64,000 bases of DNA from positions 106,026,617 through 106,090,616 of the forward strand of contig NC_068986.1 of NCBI RefSeq assembly GCF_001194135.2, written 5' to 3'. Position 1 is the first letter of the stretch; every line of letters begins with the position of its first letter. The notes below the pieces were generated by a model. The model made no database searches. It had not been told where the DNA came from and worked only from the letters and a program-made list of their open reading frames with translations. Below, one piece after another: positions 53,429-64,000 of the stretch. Origin of the DNA: Octopus bimaculoides. Taxonomy: Eukaryota. The position numbers and the translations under genes were made by a program.

Positions 53429-55121
53429 GTTTTACTTATCACTGCTTAACCCTTCCCCTCCATAATCAGAATTCATTGTTGAAAACGCTGTGTTTGCTGT
53501 AATAGAGCTCATGCCAAGATTTGCCTGGACATTAGATGCATCGTGGATCACTGATGTTAAAACAGGAAAACTATTAGCCACGTTCAGAAATGCCAACAGT
53601 TCATTGCATATCCTGGTTATCTGCATAATTATTTCAACCAACGAGAATATGCAGTTAAGCGAAATCGACTTCAGTATGGAATTATGAAAACACAAATATC
53701 TATACTTGAAGTAATTTCACCAAGGAAAAGCCTCTTTCTACTTCGGCTGAGTTTATTGCATTTGTATTCAAAATTCGTATCACAATTCCGAGAAGTATCG
53801 GACGTATCAAGAAACCTGTTTAGAGAAGTAATGTTTAAGTGTGAGGTAGGTACTTTTTTGATATATAGGAGGTTACACCTGTATGTCTCTTGTTTAAATA
53901 ATGCTATTGATGCTGAGATGAAGGACTTAAGACCTATAACTAGATACACGATCGACTTTGCGGGCCTTCGCATCAGTGAGGCGGGCTTGTACGCTGTAAT
54001 ACTGTTGTGAAGAAAGTCCCAACACAGCACATTCTGTCCTGATGACCTCTGAAATATATTAACATTCGGTACGCGGAGCTTTCGATTGGCAGCATTTGCA
54101 CAAGCAAACTATTTGCAAAGCTCAACCGAATTCTATTTTCTATATTGTTAAGAGTATCATTTAAATCAATTAAACATTTTAGAACTATTTTAAAATCATC
54201 CATTTTTTTTACTTAAGATAAAAATGGCCACGGACGTTGTTTTTATCACATCATTCACGTGACATCAAACTGAATTTTCACTTATCCACCAGACCGAAAA
54301 TCTCTTCAACCATGTTCCAACGTTCTTTATCAGTTGCAGCCATTTATTTTAATTTACAAGATGTGAATCTCTGCTGAGTGTCTTTAATTTTCCTCTTGCC
54401 AAATATTTGCTTACCAAGTCTCAAAGACTTTCTGATTTCTCCAGTTTTCCATGAGATAAGATCTAAAATATCAAAGATGCAACTCAGTTGATCCCTTCGC
54501 CGCAAAATGTTCACCTTTGTGCATCTCTTAGAAATTAAGTTTTTCTTATCTCATTCATTTTACATTTATTTTTCCATGCTAGCATAAGCAAGACATATAT
54601 ATTAAAGCAATATTTTACAGTTAGATTCTCTTCTTCTTTATTAAATTATGTACTACGTTATTTACTCAATATATTTAGATTCATTTAGAAAAATTTGAGC
54701 CTTTTTTAAAGAATTTTATCTCCCACTTAAGGTGGATAACATTTTGTTTTGTATTAATACTACTTCTGGCGCAATTAATTACTCTTTTTAATCATTTTAT
54801 CTGTGCAGCAATCACTTAATCATTTAATTTTCTTCAAATTCCATTCATTTAAAAGCATATTTTTGCAGCGCTTAATCAACATTTCAGAGTATTTACTAAC
54901 CTTACAATTTACTCTAAAAGGTTAACTGATTATACTGATTTACTTACGAATGCTTATTTTTCAACCGGTTTCACTTTGCGAGGAAACTTATATACGTATC
55001 AACATATAATATTTAACATTTTGAAAGAGTAGATTGATATCTCTACGGTAATTTGGTAGACTTGAAGCTACAAGTTCGTAGACAGGTACAATACGTCAAA
55101 CAATTGTCACTAGGGAGACAT

Positions 55122-55181
<60 letters not shown>

Positions 55182-55526
55182 ATGTATATGCTGCAGTTGT
55201 TTTACTTGTTTTGTTCTAGGTTCTTTGTTCTTTCTTTCATTTCTTTCTTTCTTTCTCTCATTTCTTTCTTTCTTTCTTTCTTTCTTTCTTTATTACTTCC
55301 CCTTTACTCTTCCTATCCATTCCACTGCACCATTTTTTTCCTCTTCGTCGCTGCTTGTCCGATGCATCTCTGTCTCCTCATACACACGCCTTTCCAATCA
55401 CATTCGCATGCACGCACAAATATGTTTAACACAAACACTCTTTCTCTGCGTCTCTTTTTGTTCATCTCTCTGCCCCCCTCTCTCTCTGTCTCATTAGCTA
55501 CCAGTTGTGTGTGCGTGTGTGAGTGC

Positions 55527-55575
<49 letters not shown>

Positions 55576-56202
55576 TACACACACACACAGAGCGAGAAAG
55601 AGGGAGTAAGCGAGGTGTGTACATGTGTGCGTACGTGTGTGTGTGTGTGTCTGTGTGTGTACCTTTTTAAATTACCCTCATCGATAATATCTAAGCCATC
55701 CGTCGATACCGGTTGTTTAACACGTTCTTGTTAGAAATGCTTGCGCCAACTCCACAACAGAGTTTCAAGGCGAATAACATTTTCGATTCGCTTCTTTCTT
55801 TCTTCCTTTCTTTCGTTCTTTCGTTCGTTCGTTCCTTTTTCCTTTCTTTCTTTCTTTCTATCTTTCCGTTTCTTTCTTTCCTTCTTTCTCTCATTCTTTG
55901 TATGTCAGTGTTTGTGTACGTGTGCCAGTGAGTACGCTCACATAATGAGTTTTGATATCATTACAAGCTTCCACCTTGTAGGGTAGATTGCATTCACAGC
56001 AGAAACTATGTTACCCAAGATGGATGAAAAATCAAATCAACCCCACAGGGATTTGAACTCAAAATCTAAACAAACGTAAGTAAATACCACATGGAATTTT
56101 CTTCAATGCTCTACCAATCAAAAAATATTTAAAATAATAACAATTATAGCATAAAAATATCATCACAAATTTCCAGACTTTAAAATCTATAAAAAGAATG
56201 TT

Positions 56203-56268
<66 letters not shown>

Positions 56269-57529
56269 NNNNNNNNNNNNNNNNNNNNNNNNNNNNNNNN
56301 NNNNNNNNNNNNNNNNNNNNNNNNNNNNNNNNNNNNNNNNNNNNNNNNNNNNNNNNNNNNNNNNNNNNNNNNNNNNNNNNNNNNNNNNNNNNNNNNNNNN
56401 NNNNNNNNNNNNNNNNNNNNNNNNNNNNNNNNNNNNNNNNNNNNNNNNNNNNNNNNNNNNNNNNNNNNNNNNNNNNNNNNNNNNNNNNNNNNNNNNNNNN
56501 NNNNNNNNNNNNNNNNNNNNNNNNNNNNNNNNNNNNNNNNNNNNNNNNNNNNNNNNNNNNNNNNNNNNNNNNNNNNNNNNNNNNNNNNNNNNNNNNNNNN
56601 NNNNNNNNNNNNNNNNNNNNNNNNNNNNNNNNNNNNNNNNNNNNNNNNNNNNNNNNNNNNNNNNNNNNNNNNNNNNNNNNNNNNNNNNNNNNNNNNNNNN
56701 NNNNNNNNNNNNNNNNNNNNNNNNNNNNNNNNNNNNNNNNNNNNNNNNNNNNNNNNNNNNNNNNNNNNNNNNNTATATAATTGTTGAAATCGGTTCGTCA
56801 ACGACTAGTAGATCTTTGCATTAGCCTGTGCCGCATCTCTGGCAATAATGGCAGGAAATTCTTCACCAATTCTTCCTTTAGCTATCGTGATGTTGTCTCA
56901 AAGAGTAAAAACTTTTTAAATTCACAATATGAAGACGTAATTGCAGGCTTGAGATGTCAAATGTCACAAATAATCAATCGACCAATATACACTCGCACAC
57001 GTATACATGCGCGCGAACTTATATCCACCCGAACACACAGAAATTATCTTTAATACAATATCTTCTATCGCACGTACATCTTACTTTACGAGATAAGCCT
57101 TTTATCAGCTGTGATGTAGAGAGAACAGTGATTTCGGTACTTATTCGAAGACTGTTCATTGCATCAGTGCAAGTCATCTTTGATGTTCTTACAGAATGTA
57201 TTGGTTCCTTTTCCTCACACCATGGGACGATTTTCTCTCCATTCTATCATTGTGTAATCCACTCAATCACCACGTCAGTCTAGGGTCAGCCGCAACAAAC
57301 TTAACCTTGTAGTAATTATTCGATGTTGAGGTTAAAGTCTGTGCTTTCAGTTTTGAGCTTAACTTTCACATGATACCGCCATATCTACAATCATGCTTTC
57401 TTTACTTCGCTCTGAATTTGCAAGTCACGGGGATGAGACGTTTTGACACGGTCGTTTTGCCGCTGCTTGCTAAGCGTTGCTGATTCGACGCTGTCTTATT
57501 TGCTATCAGGTGTTTTAAAGTTTCGTTCA

Positions 57530-57583
<54 letters not shown>

Positions 57584-57736
57584 ATCTCTTTCTTTATCTC
57601 TGTTTATGTATTTCAGCGTCTAGTTATGTGAGTGAATATGTGTAATGTATCTCTCTCCCTCCCCCTCCTTCACTTTCTCTATCTGCATGTGTATATTTCT
57701 GTGTGTATGTGTGTGAGTATGTGTGAGTGAGTGAGT

Positions 57737-57789
<53 letters not shown>

Positions 57790-58269
57790 TGTCTGTCTGT
57801 GCTCGTTTGCCCGTGTCAAAACCTCATATGTCACAGTGTACCGTCACCAAGACAGGTTGAATGTCGTACCAAATCATTTACATACAAATCATCTCATTCC
57901 AGCAAATCACATCTCTGCTAGAATATCGTGGAACACGTTACAAACACATCAAATCCTACCTCCACCTCTCCATTGGGCATTAATAGCTTAATACTTTTAT
58001 TTCATGTGCCCTCATCATGTTCCTCTCCCAAGACCCAGTCAAATAATTCACTAATTTCCATAGACAAATTGGGCCATGTTTTACGATCGGACTATTTTCC
58101 TTTTGTAACTATGGTTGGGTGTTTTTACTCTGATTCTGTATCATCCAGTCATTAGCACCAGTAATAATCATGGCATTAATTAGGTTAAGTTACTCACTGC
58201 ACTTGGTCCTTGTATTATGTAAATCATAGGGTTCCTGTTTCAGTCGATTTTCTTGTCATAGTTGATAGT

Positions 58270-58830
58270 AATGGACTGTTACATTATTGCGTTCGTCAGA
58301 ATTTTCAGGACTTAGGTATATATACGGGAATGTTCTGGAAGAATCTACATACACTCATGATGCGGTGGCCAGAGCGGTCTGGAAGAGGATAACAAAAAAG
58401 AAAATCCTAACTGAAAAATTTGATTATATTGAGACCGATGAGTGAAAAGAACATTGGTGGAACTAAAAAATGAGAAAGTGCTCCGAAATTTAAACACCAC
58501 CGGTCAGATATTGCTGTGTGAAACCCCAAGAAAAATACGTTCTGGTGTGGAAATCAACTACCCTCTGGATACCAACGTTTTCCGAAAAATACTGGTGACA
58601 GAGGACATTTATGGGACTCTGATAAGAAGTTTGCAACCCAAGTCCCGACGATACGCTTTCAGATTTGTACATATTTTTGGATGAACAGGATATGTACCGA
58701 CGCGTCTAGAGCTAAATAAGCCTGAAGTAAGGATTTCAAAACCGTTATGTCGTAACCAAACGTGATCCCATTAGAGATTAAGAGGATTACTTATGGAATT
58801 ATTTATTTTAAAAGGAGGTGAAAAATGATC
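58270..58830 (+). mobile_element. Diverged RLE-1-related 3' fragment
   Basis: HHRSDI...VEINYPLDTNVFRKILVTEDIYGTLIRSLQ...YAFRFVHIFG*TGYVP is colinear with the 31205 and 47358 copies. Confidence 0.7.
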
Positions 58831-58945
58831 TGAGGTTGACTCATCGTAAGCATAGTCCAAAGGTGGAATGGAAGATGTGCAGTTGGTCCTTTAGAGCTGG
58901 TTCAAAAATAGATACGCAATACACACAGACACACTGAAACAGTAG

Positions 58946-59522
<577 letters not shown>

Positions 59523-59530
<8 letters not shown>

Positions 59531-59730
59531 AGATTGACCTTGAACTTCGCTGTGCATGAGCACTATGTTTTAATGTTCTAGCTCACTGTCGCTGATTACA
59601 GCAGTGCTTGGAAGGGAGGTGTGTAGCGTGTGTTCATAGCATTGATCATGACAAAGAAATTTGAGCAGAGAATCTGCATCAAATTTTGTCAAAGCTTGAC
59701 GATACCTGCTCAGAGGCCTACGCAAATTTT
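59523..59730 (+). mobile_element. Mariner 5' fragment in plus orientation
   Basis: MTKKFEQRICIKFC...DTCSEAYA. The upstream sequence matches the reverse complement of about 60120-60275. Confidence 0.8.
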
Positions 59731-60344
59731 CACAACATTTCCAGCGTTCTTGAGACAATTAAGGAGATCCTCTGCAACTGGAATCCGAGTGTCATTTTAG
59801 TCAGCTGAAAGCAGTTTTGGCACAAACTTGGCAGAAACGCGTCTCATACCCAGATCTCCAGTGATTAAGGACTGAACTGAACCGAAACCAATCTGCACAT
59901 ACACTGATAACTCACCGATGGTGATTCGACGATTTCCCCTCACAGCTGCACTCACATCTGCGATGTTTGTCTGAGTTATGCTGGTTGAAGGTCTCCCAGA
60001 ACGTTCGCCACTATCGACATTTTTTCGGCTATCCTGGAGACGTCTGAATCCCTCGTACACTTGTATAATTCTCATACACGCCTCTCCATACACTTCCTGC
60101 AAATTTGTGTAGGCCTGTGAGCAGATATCGCCATGGCAACTTTCTCATGGTCAATGCGACAGCCACATGTTACACGCCTTAATTCCAAGCACTGCTGTAA
60201 ACAGCGGAAGTGAACTAGAATGTTAAAACTTAGTGAAAATGCACAACAGAGGTGAAGGTGAATCTGTGCCAAGCAGCTTCACTCTGCCGTCTTTAGCTTC
60301 GTTACTATGGTAACAATCCGGATAATTATTGATCAGACCTCGTA
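59725..60344 (-). mobile_element. Mariner (Tc1/mariner) 5' half with TIR, minus orientation
   Basis: TA-CGAGGTCTGATCAATAATTATCCGG terminus at 60344. ORF QEVYGEACM...RSGRPSTS...RGNRRITIGELS...LGMRRVSAKFVPKLLS covers the mariner HTH and linker; truncated before the DD34D triad. Confidence 0.9.
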
Positions 60345-60545
60345 TATACATACATATATACATACATACACACACACACACATATATACATGCATGTATG
60401 TATGTGTGAGTGTTTGCGTGTTTGTTTTTATGTTCAGTTATAACAATCTGTTGGATTATACTATATTTATTGTTCTTAAGAAAGAACGCTATTAAGAGTG
60501 ACTTGGAAGTTTCGGGTAGTTAAGCCACTGCTGGGCTGCGATCGT

Positions 60546-60586
60546 AGTCCGACGATGGATTAACTACCCGAATCTTCTAAGTCACT
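60546..60586 (+). ncRNA. Hammerhead-like motif with an inverted partial copy at 60498-60527
   Basis: AGT-CCGACGA-TGG-ATTAACTA-CCC-GAAT-C-TTCTAA-GTC-ACT. The inverted copy reads GGCTTAACTACCC-GAAAC-TTCCAA-GTC-AC and restores GAAAC. Confidence 0.45.
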
Positions 60587-60709
60587 GTCAATAGTATTCT
60601 TGTCAAACTATATTCTATATTTTCAAGTGCATCATCATCGTAATATATATATTATAGATTTTTCTCACCGTTTTTTTTTTCTTTCTCACTCAATTTTTTC
60701 CTCTCAATC

Positions 60710-60745
60710 CTTTCTGTCGAAGAGCGTATGCTCGAAATGTCAAAG
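60710..60745 (+). ncRNA. Minimal type I hammerhead-like motif (second copy at 61036-61071)
   Basis: CTTT-CTGTCGA-A-GAGC-GTAT-GCTC-GAAA-T-GTC-AAAG: 4-bp stems I and II, GUC site. A6U and a probable CpG-decay change are present. Confidence 0.55.
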
Positions 60746-61340
60746 CCTTTCCAATTCTTTCCGAGAGTTAAACTAATACACTTGCTTGTTGTTCTTTAAC
60801 CTTTCTTCGTCTTTTGTTTTCTGTAAATTTCAACTATATATGTGCGAGTTTGTTTTTACGTTCAGTTATAAGTATCTGTTGGATCATGCTATATTTATTG
60901 TTCTTAAGAAAGAACGCTATTGAGAGTGATTTGGAAATTTCGGGCAGTTAAGCCACCATTGGGCTATATTCCCCATGTTGAACCGCTGAAATCTACAAGT
61001 TTTTTTTTTCTTTCTCTGTTTATTTCCTCTTATTCCTTTCTGTTGAAGAGCGTAAGCTCGAAGCATAAAATACTTTTTCATTTTTCCCAAGCGTCAAACT
61101 AATACATTTGCATTCACACACTAATGTGAACACGAAGCAACAAAACATGGAGAAAGTAGTACTCGAATAGCAAATTTAAGTACGATAATATTTGATTGAA
61201 GATGACAAAACTTCACAAAATGATACTCTTTAATTCTCTGTAACACTTTGGTGTTTCACGAAACTAATCGGTTACGTGGAACACCAATCAACAGTTTGTG
61301 ATGTCCTTTCAGCATCGATGAAGTAATATACACACACTAG

Positions 61341-61572
61341 GGCGGCGAGCTGGTAAAATCGTTAGCACGCCGGGCGAAATGCTTAGCGGTATTTCGTCTG
61401 TCGGTACGTTCTGAGTTCAAATTCCACCGAGGTCGACTTTACCTTTCATCCTTTCGGGGTCGATAAATTAAGTACCAGTTACGCACTGGGATCGATGTAA
61501 TCGACGTAAATACTTTGTCTGTCCTTGTTTGTCCCCCTCTATGTTTAGACCCCGGTGGACAATAAAGAAATA
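61341..61572 (+). mobile_element. SINE family A near-consensus copy
   Basis: Nearly identical to 38283-38512. Confidence 0.9.
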
Positions 61573-62394
61573 AATATACACACACTACATGTGCACATAT
61601 ATACAGATATGCATACATACATAATACATACATACATGCATATATACATACACATATACATGCATACACACATACATACGTACATGCATACATAATACAT
61701 ACATACATACATATATACATACATATATACATACATACATACATACATACAAGCGCATACATAAATCTACACAAACATTGCAGACACATATATAGAAACT
61801 CATAAACACACACACACACAAACATGCATACATACGAGTGATTGTGCGTGTGTTTGTGAGCGTATACCTATTTGTACATTAACACGCATGCAAATGTATT
61901 TATAATGTATACACACACATCTACACATTTATATATATTACAAAGCAAATCAGCATTAAATTGGTCCATAACAGTGAAGAGAAGTAATTATAAGCTCTGA
62001 GCTAGAAATATTTCAGGAAAAAAGGTTCCGCCAATTACACTTTAAAAGAAATTTTATTTCACGAATGTTCCAGCATGGAACGTTAGCTAAATAAAATAGG
62101 TTAGTTTAACGGTCTAGGAAAACGAGCTTAGGGAATTCAAAAATCAATAATGTGAACCAAATCACTTAATAAAAATAGTATTGTTGAAATTAGTTTACTG
62201 AGCTAAATCGATTTAAGTTTGTGATACTATCAAATATAAATGCACAGTGATAAATCGTTTTGCTATTATTTCTCAATTCTTTAGAAATATTTTCTGTAAG
62301 TAACAGTTTTAAATCCTCTGTACAGTCGCTGAATGCCATCTATAAAATAGTAAAACAGAAAAAAAATGTTTATTATTTACATTATTTATATTAT

Positions 62395-62715
62395 TTACAT
62401 TTGACGGATATTTGTCCTCACCTTGTTTGTTTACACAACGTTTCGGCTGATATACTCTGCAGCCCACGAGCATATGGCGCAGTGGTTAACAGCGCAGGCT
62501 ACTAACCCCAAGATTCCGAGTTCGATTCCAGGCAGTGACCTGAATAATAATAATAATAATAATAATGACAACAACAACAACATCGAAAAATACCTTAGGA
62601 ATGAGAACTCAGGTCCGAAATTTCCCCAAGACACCCGATGAAGGCTGGAGGGTATATCAGCCGAAACGTTGTGTTAACAACAAACAAGATGAGGACAAAT
62701 ATCCGTCAAATGTAA
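62395..62715 (+). mobile_element. tRNA-headed SINE-like element ending in a hammerhead-like motif, preceded by an inverted copy of its own 3' end
   Basis: A box TGGCGCAGTGG at 62475-62485, B box GAGTTCGATTCC at 62518-62529, (AAT)n linker, motif at 62630-62675. 62395-62464 is the reverse complement of 62643-62715. Confidence 0.8.
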
Positions 62716-62811
62716 TTAAGGTAAATAATGTACATAATTCCTCATATAGAACAGAAAAATGTTTCTCTACATTTCAAGGTATTTAGTCATTTCGTGGGTG
62801 TATAGTAGAGT

Positions 62812-63190
62812 GGTAAGCGCCTGTTCATACCTCGGATATCAAACTAGTCTTCTCATTCACAGCTAACAAGTCTCAGAGCCATACTTTAGATCGTGTTGGT
62901 GTGTTTCTGCCCACTCCGATGTTTACACATGGCCAGTTTTATGTTGCTACGATCAGAGCAACGGATTCAGCTAATTTGAAAATTAGTGCTGATCAAACAC
63001 AAAATATCGTTTACAAAGAAGTTTTGAAAACATAATAATACCATGAATATGTACTAAGTAAAGCTGTATATACGTATAATCAAAACTAACCGTTATTTAT
63101 ATTTCGTTACATTTCTAATGCCATATTTCAGTATAAATACATTCATCTTACAGTTATTATTATTGTTCACCCTTCTGGGTAGATTTGCTG
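62812..63190 (+). mobile_element. Helitron 3' fragment (PIF1-like helicase C-terminus; coding 62812-63035)
   Basis: GKRLFIPRI / KLVFSFTANKSQSHTLDRVGVFLPTPMFTHGQFYVATIRA...NIVYKEVLKT* matches the RepHel motifs TINKSQG.TL..VG..L..PVFSHGQLYVA.SR and NIVY.EVL. A weak terminal hairpin ACCC-TTCT-GGGT lies near 63170. Confidence 0.9.
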
Positions 63191-63194
63191 TTAT

Positions 63195-63392
63195 ATTTAA
63201 ATGATAAACATCTGGCAAGTTTTACAATTTTTCACAGTTCCAGTGATAGCTTGTATCTGTAGTCTTCGAATTAGTTTTCTCCTTGCTGGTTTTCAGAAGC
63301 CTAATTTCTCAAGATTGGTATTTAGGCAGTGTGTTACATATCCCAGGGCCCCAATAATTACAGGCATAAACATGAACTTGTAATCTAGATAG
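63195..63392 (-). mobile_element. RLE-1 family short 3' fragment
   Basis: Reverse complement closely matches 31410-31603. The 5' junction is directly at (CATA)n. Confidence 0.9.
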
Positions 63393-63573
63393 AGTATGTA
63401 TGTATGCATGTATGTATGCGTCTATGTATGTATGCATGTATGTATGTATGTATGTATGTATGCATGTATGCATGTTTGTATGTATGTACGTACGTATGTA
63501 GAAATATATGTGTGTATGCATGTACATTTGTATATATATGTGTGTGTGTCTATATATATATATTGACATAATG

Positions 63574-63612
<39 letters not shown>

Positions 63613-64000
63613 GCACACACACATACACGCACACACATTCACGCACACACACACACACGCACACGTGCGTATATACACATATACATACATACATACATAC
63701 ACACACACACATACATACATACATACATACATACATACATACAAGTACTAAGGACGTGCTGGAAAGGCTTTTATCATGAAAGCAAGAATATTCTTTATGT
63801 ACACACTGAATTTTCAGAACTGAAAATGAATAGATAAAAAACTATAATCCATGAGTGAGTACTAATATTAAGAAACATGCCGTGCTTAAATATACTTAAC
63901 AGTGAAACAGAAGGAAAGCCATAAATATCAAGAAGCATAAAAATAAGGAGCTTTAATTGGTCCTGCCATGCAAATATATATCTCACAACTGAAGAAATGG

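Larger units (their letters stand above)
16149..56773. other. Assembly gaps (N runs): 20320-20974, 24006-24201, 25318-25764, 28447-28602, 32492-33278, 42801-43066, 46232-47123, 48091-48663, 56269-56773, plus short ones
   Basis: Directly visible. Nearly all are flanked by microsatellites. Confidence 0.99.
60400..61110. repeat. Two tandem diverged units (~60400-60840, ~60840-61110) resembling Penelope pseudo-LTRs, carrying hammerhead-like motifs
   Basis: Shared blocks GTTTTTA(T/C)GTTCAGTTATAA...TTCTTAAGAAAGAACGCTATT and CCTTTCTGTYGAAGAGCGTA.GCTCGAA...AAACTAATACA. Confidence 0.8.

Noticed and set aside
54036-54056. CTGATGA-CCTCT-GAAA as a hammerhead
   Set aside because: No stem II or stem I pairing. 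Other isolated CTGATGA hits (about 17000 and 17113) lack a GAAA at a usable spacing.
20084-56824. Long ORFs containing X runs or HT/CV/YI/LSIY repeats
   Set aside because: Artefacts of N gaps and microsatellites.
56781-56960. Protein-like readings on both strands (LKEELVKNFLPLLPEMRHRL; YRDVVSKSKNFLNSQYED)
   Set aside because: Strand and frame are ambiguous, stops flank the readings, and no homolog is recognised.

Overview
Eukaryotic, AT-rich, microsatellite- and transposon-saturated scaffold with many N gaps. The SINE families and simple-repeat style suggest an octopus (inference from remembered repeat consensi, not verified). No intact protein-coding gene, rRNA, true tRNA gene or CRISPR array is supported. 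Almost all supplied ORFs come from microsatellites, N gaps or antisense reading of transposons. Recognisable content: decayed DNA transposons (pogo/POGK-like, two hAT, mariner, piggyBac-like MITEs, a Helitron helicase tail); two Penelope-like (GIY-YIG) retroelement remnants, one inside long inverted repeats; six 3' fragments of RLE-type (R2/R4/Dong-like) retrotransposons; RTE LINE tails; and dozens of tRNA-derived SINEs from at least four families. The most interesting signal is a cluster of minimal hammerhead-ribozyme-like motifs at 50.9-62.7 kb. Several share a CCGAYGA (U4C) core, and several sit in tandem or inverted terminal repeats. One terminates a tRNA-headed SINE, suggesting a Pol III SINE mobilised by Penelope-like machinery. 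Other notable signals are apparent (CATA)n targeting by an RLE family, a (TTAGGG)n-palindrome-(CCCTAA)n junction and a near-perfect 28-bp hairpin. Coordinates of decayed elements are approximate, and all family assignments come from manual translation and motif recall.
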